25,551 nt of DNA from a bacterium (GTDB lineage Bacteria; Bacteroidota; Ignavibacteria; UBA10030), in contig JAZDJN010000092.1 of assembly GCA_043803945.1 (NCBI GenBank), positions 1-25,551 on the forward strand, given 5' to 3'. The notes under the pieces were generated by a model. It was not told where the DNA came from. It was given only the letters and a program-made list of their open reading frames with translations, and searched no databases. Of this stretch, positions 8,711 through 16,611 are shown piece by piece. The number at the start of each line of letters is the position of its first letter. Position 1 is the stretch's first letter. A program made the translations under genes and the position numbers.

Positions 8711-8760
8711 TTGAGTTTCTCTAATCTTAATTATATCATTTCATAAGCAACAATTATGAA
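8711..8760 (+). promoter_or_regulatory. Candidate sigma70-type promoter with a downstream palindromic operator for the corrinoid operon
   Basis: TTGAGT (8711-8716), 17 nt, TATCAT (8734-8739), then the inverted repeat TTCATAA-N7-TTATGAA at 8740-8760. AGGAG RBS precedes ATG 8818. Confidence 0.4.
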
Positions 8761-8817
8761 TCCATATGTAAAACAGTTCCAGATCGCTGGGATTAGAGAA
8801 CTATTTCAGGAGTCGAT

Positions 8818-9486
8818 ATGAGTGAAATTTTAGCTTCATTGCAAAAGTGTATTGAACGCGGTAAAGTTAATATCAAATCCCCATACCCCCCGGACATGAA
8901 AGGGCAGGATGGAGCAGATGAGTTGGCCCGCAAGGCGCTCGATTCAGGAGTCTCTCCACAGGATATTCTCTCCAACGCATTGATGCTGGGCATGCAGCAT
9001 GTTGGAGTTCGATTCCGTAATAAGGAAATTTTTGTCCCTGATGTCTTGATGGCTGCAAAAGCAATGGCGGCTGCCATGGAGCATCTGAAACCGTTCTTTC
9101 AATCAGCAACCCTAAAACACCGCGGCTCCATCGTTATTGGGACCGTCATGGGCGATTTACACGACATTGGCAAGAAACTCGTGTCGATGGTCGTTGAAGG
9201 TGCCGGCTGGGAGGTCGTTGATCTCGGTACCGATGTCTCCGCTGAAAAATTTCTGAAAGCGGTTGAAGAACATCCGGGATGTTCAGTTGGCCTAAGCGCA
9301 TTGCTTACCACAACCATGGTCCACATGGAAAGCACAGTCCAGAAAATTAAGGCTGTCTCTCCCACAACAAAGATCATCATTGGCGGAGCGCCCGTTACCA
9401 AGGAATTTGCGCAGAAGATCGGCGCAGATGGTTACTCTCCCGATCCGCAGGGTGCGGTTGAATTCCTCAATGCCGGTTTGGTTTAG
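8818..9486 (+). CDS. Corrinoid (cobalamin-binding) protein: cap domain plus B12-binding domain
   Basis: GMQHVGVRF...FVPDVLMAAKAM cap, GDLHDIGK (DxHxxG), LSALLTTT and IIGGAPV. Confidence 0.93.
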   Translation: MSEILASLQKCIERGKVNIKSPYPPDMKGQDGADELARKALDSGVSPQDILSNALMLGMQHVGVRFRNKEIFVPDVLMAAKAMAAAMEHLKPFFQSATLKHRGSIVIGTVMGDLHDIGKKLVSMVVEGAGWEVVDLGTDVSAEKFLKAVEEHPGCSVGLSALLTTTMVHMESTVQKIKAVSPTTKIIIGGAPVTKEFAQKIGADGYSPDPQGAVEFLNAGLV

Positions 9487-9494
9487 GGATCAGC

Positions 9495-10226
9495 ATGAGT
9501 GAATCCAATCATCCTGAGATATACCATTTTACTCCGACATTTTCAGACCTCGTCATCCACCGCCCGTTGATTGAACGGGCGCTGGGTTATAAAAGCGGTT
9601 CGGTTCCGCAAATCGTCGAACATATCATCGACGAAGTATTGCCGGATGTGCCACAACACCTCTCCATCCAGTGCGGCTTCAGAATTCTTCCGCCAGGAAC
9701 TCTCTCCATCTCCAAACAAGCCATTGAATTTAATGGTACACGCTTTGAGACCGCCCCGATTATCTCGACACGGCTTCGGAATTCACTCAGCCTTGCTCTC
9801 TTTGTTGCGACCATCGGACCACGATTAGAGCAATGGTCAAGACAACATTTAGACGAGGGTGATTCGGTTCGCGGCTTCATCATTGATGCAATCGGTTCTG
9901 AGGCCGTGGAACAAACGGCAGATTGGCTGGAGAAACAATTGCAGCAGATTGTCAAGGAACGCGGGTGGAACAGCACCAATCGGTACAGCCCCGGTTACTG
10001 CGATTGGATGGTGATTGAACAACATAAACTCTTCTCCCTTCTCCCTCCCGATTTTTGCGGAATCCGATTAACCGAGAGCGCCCTGATGGTTCCGATCAAA
10101 TCGGTGAGCGGCTTCATCGGCCTCGGTCCCGATGTGAAAAAGGAGGAATACCAATGTTCCATTTGTGACCTTCAGGATTGTTTCAGACGCAGGGAAGAAT
10201 CCACCATCGAAGCTCCTACTATATGA
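9495..10226 (+). CDS. Stand-alone B12-dependent methionine synthase activation (AdoMet-binding) domain protein
   Basis: LFVATIG, IIDAIGSEAVE, RYSPGYCDW, GIRLTESALMVPIKSVSG, and a C-terminal CxxCxxxxC motif. Confidence 0.88.
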   Translation: MSESNHPEIYHFTPTFSDLVIHRPLIERALGYKSGSVPQIVEHIIDEVLPDVPQHLSIQCGFRILPPGTLSISKQAIEFNGTRFETAPIISTRLRNSLSLALFVATIGPRLEQWSRQHLDEGDSVRGFIIDAIGSEAVEQTADWLEKQLQQIVKERGWNSTNRYSPGYCDWMVIEQHKLFSLLPPDFCGIRLTESALMVPIKSVSGFIGLGPDVKKEEYQCSICDLQDCFRRREESTIEAPTI

Positions 10227-11140
10227 AACCCAAAATTGTTGTCGTCGGCAGTGCAAACACCGATATGATTCTCAAGACCTCTCATCTCCCCAAATCGGGG
10301 GAGACTGTTCTGGGAGGAAAATTTTCGATGGCAGCAGGAGGCAAAGGAGCAAACCAGGCTGTGGCCGCTGCACGAGCCGGCGGAGATGTTACCTTCATAT
10401 CGCGGTTGGGTTGTGATCTCTTTGGTGAGCAAGCCCTGGCTGGCTATATACGCGATGGCATTAATACTCAATTTATCCAGCAGGAACCGGAGACTTCTTC
10501 AGGAATTGCATTCATCGTCGTTGATGCAAACGGCAATAACAATATTGCAGTCGCATCGGGTGCTAATGCTCATCTCTCACCCGATGACATTAATCTTGCC
10601 AGAAGCGCCATCGCTGCTGCGGATATCCTCCTGGTTCAATTAGAAATTCCCATCGAAACAGTACGCCATGCGATTCTTCTTGCGTCTCAGGCGGGTGTTA
10701 CGACAATATTGAATCCGGCTCCGGCTCAATTACTCGAGCATGAACTTTTGGGACTCGTTTCAATCCTGACACCAAACGAATTTGAAACTGAAATGCTGAC
10801 AAAGATTAGTGTGAAAGAAGATCCATCAGCGCCTGCACGGGTCCTTCTGAAGAGTGGAGTCGCGAAGGTTATTATTACTCTCGGTGAGCGTGGCGCTTTT
10901 TTTGCAGATGGGACACATTCGGAATTGATACTTGCCTATCCCGTTAAAGCAGTGGACACTACGGCAGCGGGCGATGTATTTAATGGAGTTCTTGCTGTCG
11001 CTGTAGGAGAAAAACAGGAGATCCGATCGGCTATTCGATTTGCCAATGCGGCCGCAGCATTATCTGTCACTAAGCTCGGAGCACAGCCTTCAGCACCATC
11101 ACGGAATGAAATTGAAAGTCTCATCGCTGCTGGAAAATAG
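10223..11140 (+). CDS. rbsK: Ribokinase (PfkB family)
   Basis: Start at ATG 10223 (ATGA overlap with the upstream stop). VVGSANTD, GGKGANQAVAAAR, QLEIP, LNPAP, TPNEFE and DTTAAGDVFNG. Confidence 0.88.
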   Translation: MKPKIVVVGSANTDMILKTSHLPKSGETVLGGKFSMAAGGKGANQAVAAARAGGDVTFISRLGCDLFGEQALAGYIRDGINTQFIQQEPETSSGIAFIVVDANGNNNIAVASGANAHLSPDDINLARSAIAAADILLVQLEIPIETVRHAILLASQAGVTTILNPAPAQLLEHELLGLVSILTPNEFETEMLTKISVKEDPSAPARVLLKSGVAKVIITLGERGAFFADGTHSELILAYPVKAVDTTAAGDVFNGVLAVAVGEKQEIRSAIRFANAAAALSVTKLGAQPSAPSRNEIESLIAAGK

Positions 11141-11181
11141 AACACCATTTCTTAGTACGAAGCGTGAGGGAGCATAGTACC

Positions 11182-11727
11182 ATGAGACATGAAGAGATTA
11201 TCGCAATTCAGCGACGTACAGCAGAGATACTTCAGAAGTCGCACATCGCAGTAACAGCTCAAGAGAGAGAGAGTATCGAAGTCGCGGATTTTGGGCTCAA
11301 CGACATTGAGAACGTGGGGCTCGAAATTGTGGTCTATGAAAACAATGACCGCTATTGCGCTAAAGAACTGATAATGTTTCCGCGGCAGATCTGTCCGGAA
11401 CATCGCCACCCTGCCATCAGCCCGCAAAATACCGGCAAACAGGAAACCTTTCGATGCAGATTTGGAGAAGTGTACTTATATAGTGAGGGGCCACCAACTC
11501 CAAACCCAAAAGCAGTTGTCCCCGACCAATACAAACCTTTCATGACCGTCTGGAAGGAAATTATTCTTACTCCAGGCCATCAGTACACACTTCCCCCGAA
11601 TACGTTGCATTGGTTTCAGGCTGGCGACGCAGGTGCGGTAGTTTCCGAATTCTCTTCGACGAGCATCGATGAAGCAGATATCTTTACCGATCCGAATATC
11701 AAGCGCATGCCCGAGGTCGAAGCATAA
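11182..11727 (+). CDS. D-lyxose/D-mannose family sugar isomerase (cupin)
   Basis: VADFGL, YCAKEL, QICPEHRHP, GKQETFRCR, PNTLHWFQAG, VSEFSSTS.DE.DIFTDP. The start is ATG 11182 or GTG 11164. Confidence 0.88.
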   Translation: MRHEEIIAIQRRTAEILQKSHIAVTAQERESIEVADFGLNDIENVGLEIVVYENNDRYCAKELIMFPRQICPEHRHPAISPQNTGKQETFRCRFGEVYLYSEGPPTPNPKAVVPDQYKPFMTVWKEIILTPGHQYTLPPNTLHWFQAGDAGAVVSEFSSTSIDEADIFTDPNIKRMPEVEA

Positions 11728-12884
11728 TGACAGCCAAAGAACGATTCCTTGCCGCTCTTGAACGAAGGATGCCCGACCGGCTTCCGGTGACGACGCATCA
11801 TGTCATGGAATTCTTTCTCAAGAAGTATATGAACGGAATTTCCACCGATGAGTTTTTTGCGACGTTCGAGCTTGACCCGATTCGCTGGGTGAACATTTTC
11901 AAACCGGGCGATTCCAATGGAGAATATTTCGATCCGACAGACCACCCCGGACCGCTGGAACCCTGCCGTATCTCTTCCGATTCATGGAGGATTGAACAGG
12001 AAGAACTTGCCAACCCGCACTATACAACCATTCGATATAATATTATCACACCCAAAAAAACATTAACCACGGTACTTCAAAGTAACGAACATACCACATG
12101 GGTTTCAGAGCGATTGATCAAAGAGAAAGCGGATATCGACGTTATAGCACTCTATGCCACCAAACCAACATGTGATGTTCAGCGCGTGAACCGCTCTGCT
12201 GAGGAATTTGGCGACCGCGGGTTGGTTCGTGGACACATTGCCTGCTTCGACATTTACGGCCAGCCCGGATGCTGGCAGGATGCATCGGTTCTCTATGGGA
12301 TTGAAGAATTGATCATGGCAACATTTGAGGATCCTGACTGGGTTCACTTGTTCTTGAAAATACTCTTTGAGAGAAAAGATACCTACATCGAATCTCTATT
12401 CGGAGCACGGTACGATCTTCTTGAACTCGGAGGGGGCGATGCTTCTTCAACCGTAATCTCACCGCAGATCTTTGATGAATTTGTCGCTCCCTACGATACA
12501 GAACTTATTTCGAACGCCCATGCTGCCGGCCAGCGTATTGTGTACCACACCTGCGGCGGGATGATGCCATTCCTGGAGCAGATTGCCAATTTGAAACCCG
12601 ATGCAATGGAAACCTTCACGCCTGAAGGGATGGGTGGAGATACACTCCTTTCTAAAGCCAAGCAGCGCATCGGACACCAGGTCTGTATGATCGGCGGATT
12701 CGATCAATTTCATTTCTTTAAGGGATGCACACCTGAGGCAACGCGACAGGAGGTTCGACGTTGTTTCGAAGAAGCCGGATCGGGCGGCGGCTATATCCTC
12801 TGCCCATCAGATCATTTTTTCGATGCAGACATTGAGTTAGTTGCAGCATTCGCCGATGAAGCAAAAAAATGTCTCTATCCCTAA
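11727..12884 (+). CDS. Uroporphyrinogen decarboxylase / MtaA-CmuA family TIM-barrel protein (putative corrinoid methyltransferase)
   Basis: MTAKERFLAAL..RMPDRLPV start, ISPQIFDEFVAPY, YHTCGG (H-x-C metal motif), MIGGFDQ and GGYILCPSDHF. TAATG overlap with the upstream gene. Confidence 0.82.
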   Translation: MTAKERFLAALERRMPDRLPVTTHHVMEFFLKKYMNGISTDEFFATFELDPIRWVNIFKPGDSNGEYFDPTDHPGPLEPCRISSDSWRIEQEELANPHYTTIRYNIITPKKTLTTVLQSNEHTTWVSERLIKEKADIDVIALYATKPTCDVQRVNRSAEEFGDRGLVRGHIACFDIYGQPGCWQDASVLYGIEELIMATFEDPDWVHLFLKILFERKDTYIESLFGARYDLLELGGGDASSTVISPQIFDEFVAPYDTELISNAHAAGQRIVYHTCGGMMPFLEQIANLKPDAMETFTPEGMGGDTLLSKAKQRIGHQVCMIGGFDQFHFFKGCTPEATRQEVRRCFEEAGSGGGYILCPSDHFFDADIELVAAFADEAKKCLYP

Positions 12885-12947
12885 GGACTGAGAGGAAGTC
12901 AACGACAGGATCTCACTGTCAGAAGAGACGATAGAAAGGGGCTGCCT

Positions 12948-13955
12948 ATGAAATGTCCAAAATGTGGTCACGACCAACCTGATGATGCTTTAAAGTGCCA
13001 GCGATGTGGTATAATATTTACAAGGCCCGGAGCACCAAGAATTCCAGTAAAGCCGACGGCGAAAATCCCTGCAAAACCTCTTATTGTGACCACTGTTCTG
13101 CCGAACATGCAACTCTCTTCGCGCCCCTCCCTCCTTACCATGCTGGGAGTACTTTTCACAATCCTCATTATTGTCGGCATTCTCTGGTGGCTCTACAATA
13201 CTGAGGGACTTCCCGTCTTGGGAGGGTCCTACATCAGCGATACAGGATTCGCTCTCTATCCGCCCTACGAATGGGCAATGCTGACGAAGGATAATTATCT
13301 CGCCTTCTTTGAATCTGAAGGGAACAAATTTCCCGAACAACTCAGGCCTTATATCGCCAATAATAAAATCGAAGTTGGATTCATCAAACTGCTCGATGAA
13401 AAAACTTTTTCGCCTTCTGTGAATGTCACACTGACTGAAATCAATATGCCCGTGCTCGACGAGGAGGCAAAAGACGAAGCCGTCAAGGTAATTTCAGAGG
13501 AGTTCAGTAAAGTGGTGGACAACTATGAACTCTTGAAGGCAGAGCTTCTAGAGATTGATAAAACAACTTCACTTCGGCTGCTGAGCAGGGCGACTGTTGA
13601 TATTAAAGTGAAGGAGGGACAGACAGAATATTTCACCACACCGCGGGGAAAAAAACGAGTGACGGGCAGATCACCCGATCAATGGAGTTCCTATACTTTA
13701 AAATTTGAGCAGACATTTATCCGTGCAAAGAATAAAGCATTCATCGTTACCTGCACTGCACTGGAGAGTCAATATCAGGAGTATAAACCGAAATTCGACA
13801 ATATCCTCTCCTCATTCCGGGTAATTGACCGGCCGCCGCGCTTTGGGATCATCATGATGGGTGCAATTCAGGGCGGGCTCTATATGATGCTGGCATCACT
13901 CCTGCTTTATCTGATAACAGGAATTGTCCGTCTCTTCAAACCTTCTGCAATCTGA
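12948..13955 (+). CDS. Hypothetical membrane protein: N-terminal zinc ribbon, two TM segments, extracytoplasmic domain
   Basis: CPKCG...CQRCG, a Pro/Lys-rich linker, TM LLTMLGVLFTILIIVGILWWL and C-terminal TM IQGGLYMMLASLLLYLITGIV. The central domain ends FDNILSSFR, which is PsbP/DcrB-like (tentative). Confidence 0.7.
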   Translation: MKCPKCGHDQPDDALKCQRCGIIFTRPGAPRIPVKPTAKIPAKPLIVTTVLPNMQLSSRPSLLTMLGVLFTILIIVGILWWLYNTEGLPVLGGSYISDTGFALYPPYEWAMLTKDNYLAFFESEGNKFPEQLRPYIANNKIEVGFIKLLDEKTFSPSVNVTLTEINMPVLDEEAKDEAVKVISEEFSKVVDNYELLKAELLEIDKTTSLRLLSRATVDIKVKEGQTEYFTTPRGKKRVTGRSPDQWSSYTLKFEQTFIRAKNKAFIVTCTALESQYQEYKPKFDNILSSFRVIDRPPRFGIIMMGAIQGGLYMMLASLLLYLITGIVRLFKPSAI

Positions 13956-13990
13956 CAGGGGCACCACTCCACCGACATCCTGATACCACA

Positions 13991-14500
13991 TTAGCGGATC
14001 AAACAGCGTTTGATCTCGCCGATGTACATTCTGTGGTAATCACGTCCGGGATAATTTTCATGAATCGCAGGATCGAGAAAGTGTTCCGGGTTAATGTCCT
14101 GGAAATAGAGTTTTCTGCACTCAAGGATGAGCCGCGCCTCGGCAAAGGATATTACCCCGGCAGAAATCTCTACGGGGGTCAATCCGCACTCTCTGGCTTT
14201 GTCGACGTTTCGGCCTGAACGGGATCCACAATAGTCCAACGCAGATCGATACGTTCTTGGGAAAAAGGAGAGAGAAAATTTGTTAGCCTTCTCCATAAAT
14301 TGGTAGGTATATCGTTGTGGACGGATAAAACAAAAGCAGACATTTCTATTCCACAGGACACCAAATCCACCCCAACTTGCCGTCATCATATTAAACTGCG
14401 TTGGCGTACCCGCTGTAATCAGCATCCACTCCTTGTCAAGAAGCGTGAAGATGTTCTCTGTAAGTGATTCCACCGCAAGTTCGGTCAACCCGGCCTTCAT
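13991..14500 (-). CDS. Flavin reductase-like (split-barrel FMN-binding) protein
   Basis: WMLITAG, NMMTASWGGFG, IRPQRYT, CGSRSGRNVDK and YHRMYIGEI. The start is taken at ATG 14500 with a GGAG RBS. Confidence 0.85.
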   Translation of the reverse strand: MKAGLTELAVESLTENIFTLLDKEWMLITAGTPTQFNMMTASWGGFGVLWNRNVCFCFIRPQRYTYQFMEKANKFSLSFFPRTYRSALDYCGSRSGRNVDKARECGLTPVEISAGVISFAEARLILECRKLYFQDINPEHFLDPAIHENYPGRDYHRMYIGEIKRCLIR

Positions 14501-14530
14501 AAATTCTCCATGACTCCTCAGTGAGGAAAA

Positions 14531-14666
14531 CATTGAACAGTGATGACGCTGAAAAACACAAGATTGCCACAGAAACTATTGTTCTACGGAGGAAAGAATG
14601 ATCTTCAAAGTTATTCATAATACTTCATCTGTGACTATCAGTGCGTTTCTTGTGTTATCGGTGTTC
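14531..14666. repeat. About 10-bp-period tandem repeats arranged as inverted arms (CACAGAT / ATCTGTG type)
   Basis: Left: CAGTGAT, CGCTGAA, CACAAGA, CACAGAA. Right: ATCTGTG 14627, ATCAGTG 14637, TCTTGTG 14648, ATCGGTG 14657. Confidence 0.6.
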
Positions 14667-14739
14667 TATTCTTGGTTTTTCGTATCTGAATCCTTTATTC
14701 ATTGCGGCGAGTAGCACTAGGAAAATTCAGTTCTTTACA

Positions 14740-16407
14740 CTACGCCTTCAGATTTGCCGTTGAGAGAAATCGCGGCGATCTCCGGAATTTTGTTGCCTGC
14801 TCAAAGGAATATGCCAGCTTGATAAGCATCGGCTCGCTCCAGGCCCGTCCAAGGAAGGAAATTCCTACCGGCAATCCAAAGACCGTTCCTGCAGGCACCG
14901 TAATGCTCGGATAGCCCGCCACTGCTGCTGCCGTTGAACTTCCCCCGATAAAGTGATCGCCATTAATCAGGTCTGTTACCCACGCTGCTCCCTCTGTCGG
15001 TGCGACGAGCGCATCAAGTTTATGCTTATTCATCACTGCATCGATCCCTTCTGTGCGCGACAACTTCCGGCATTCCTTTAATGCATTAATATACTCTTTA
15101 CGCGTGAGCGGTCCTTTCATCTCGGACTTGATAAAGGTCTCCTGGCCAAAGTAGGTCATCTCAAGTGCCGAATTCTTTTCATTGAATTCAATAATCTCTT
15201 TCAATGTATGGACCGGCGCCTTGGGACCGAGGCGAGCAAGATAGGCATTCAGATCCGCCTTGAGTTCGTAGAGAAGCACAGTAAATTCAGCATCATCAAA
15301 CCTGCCAATCGTTTCGATATTCGCCGGATCGATCAGCGTTGCACCGCTGCGCGTGAGTACTTCAAGGGCTCCATTGATTACTCTATCAACATCTTTGTGA
15401 AAACCAAAGTATCTCCTCACAACTCCGATGCGGGCACCACGCAGGCCATCCGGATCGAGATAGGCTGAATAATCGGTGGAAAACTTTCCCTTGCTTCCAG
15501 ATGATGCTTTATCTTCTGTATCAACGCCAACAAGTCCACCGAGCAGGATCGCGGCATCACGCACAGTGCGTGCCATCGGTCCGGCTGTATCTTGTGAGTG
15601 AGAAATCGGAACGACGCCCGTCCGGCTTACCAATCCAACAGTCGGTTTAATCCCTACAATTCCATTGATGGATGATGGACTTACAATCGAACCATCCGTT
15701 TCCGTTCCTACTGCCACGGCACAGAGATTTGCAGCAGCCGCCACCGCAGAACCAGAACTGGAGCCCGATGTGTTTCGATCCAGTGCATAGGGATTTTTCG
15801 TTAATCCTCCACGGCCACTCCAACCGCTCGTTGAACGGCTTGACCGGATATTTGCCCATTCGCTCAGGTTTGTTTTTCCAAGAATGACGGCTCCGGCCTT
15901 GCGTAATTGTTGAACCAGAAAGGCATCCTCAGGCGGTTTCGATCCCACCAACGCCAGGGATCCAGCAGTCGTGGCCATGCGATCTGCAGTATCGATGTTA
16001 TCTTTGATGAGTACTGGAATACCGTGGAGTGGGCCGCGCACACTCCGTTCTTTCCGCTCCTTATCGAGAGCATCGGCGATCGCAAGCGCATCCGGATTCA
16101 ATTCGATGATGCTGTGCAGTTCCGGCCCTTGCCGGTCGATCGCTTCAATCCTTGAAAGATATTGCTCTGCGATCGAACGTGCTGTGAGTGAACCTGAGTT
16201 CATACCTAGTTGAAGTTCGGTAATCGTAACCTCATCTAACTCGAAAGGCGGGATTTCTGTGACAGGTTTCGGAGATGCTGCCAGAGTTTCGATCTCGGAG
16301 AAGGCAGGCAATGCAGCAGCAATTATTCCGCCGGACAATCCGCTTTTTATAAAGTCTCTTCTACTCTTCCGTTTGGATTTAGTGTTGTGTCCCTCATTGT
16401 TCTGCAT
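14740..16407 (-). CDS. Amidase-signature family enzyme with a Tat signal peptide
   Basis: SRRDFIK Tat motif, GPLHGIPVLIKDNI (catalytic Lys), GKTNLSEWAN, SGSSSGS and GTETDGSIVSPS. Confidence 0.92.
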   Translation of the reverse strand: MQNNEGHNTKSKRKSRRDFIKSGLSGGIIAAALPAFSEIETLAASPKPVTEIPPFELDEVTITELQLGMNSGSLTARSIAEQYLSRIEAIDRQGPELHSIIELNPDALAIADALDKERKERSVRGPLHGIPVLIKDNIDTADRMATTAGSLALVGSKPPEDAFLVQQLRKAGAVILGKTNLSEWANIRSSRSTSGWSGRGGLTKNPYALDRNTSGSSSGSAVAAAANLCAVAVGTETDGSIVSPSSINGIVGIKPTVGLVSRTGVVPISHSQDTAGPMARTVRDAAILLGGLVGVDTEDKASSGSKGKFSTDYSAYLDPDGLRGARIGVVRRYFGFHKDVDRVINGALEVLTRSGATLIDPANIETIGRFDDAEFTVLLYELKADLNAYLARLGPKAPVHTLKEIIEFNEKNSALEMTYFGQETFIKSEMKGPLTRKEYINALKECRKLSRTEGIDAVMNKHKLDALVAPTEGAAWVTDLINGDHFIGGSSTAAAVAGYPSITVPAGTVFGLPVGISFLGRAWSEPMLIKLAYSFEQATKFRRSPRFLSTANLKA

Positions 16408-16436
16408 TGACTCTGACTCCTTTCACTATATAGTGA

Positions 16437-16510
16437 CACGAAGAAACGGAGAAGAACCACGAAGAAAGAAATCTTCGTGTACCTTCGTGCCTCCTTCGTG
16501 GATCTTCGTG
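16437..16510. repeat. About 10-bp-period tandem repeats arranged as inverted arms (CACGAAG / CTTCGTG type)
   Basis: CACGAAG at 16437 and 16458; CTTCGTG at 16473, 16483, 16494 and 16504. The palindrome TCACTATATAGTGA is adjacent at 16423-16436. Confidence 0.7.
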
Positions 16511-16611
16511 TAACAAAACACCTTTTATGTTGAATACGGAGACTGTCTTTGCAGCAGTGGTAGGTGCTATCTCAACCATCTTGTCCTTCATGCGATGAAA
16601 CGATCATTCTC

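Noticed and set aside
11727-12884. True uroporphyrinogen decarboxylase (hemE)
   Set aside because: It lacks the N-terminal W.MRQAGR motif, has an H-x-C motif, and sits among corrinoid rather than haem genes.
8818-12884. Pyrrolysine or selenocysteine read-through in the methyltransferase genes
   Set aside because: All ORFs are full length for their families, and no domain continues past a TAG or TGA.
14740-16407. Amidase as GatA partnering the Gat genes
   Set aside because: It has a Tat signal and the GTETDGSI/NLSEWAN motifs of secreted amidases. GatE uses GatD, which is present.
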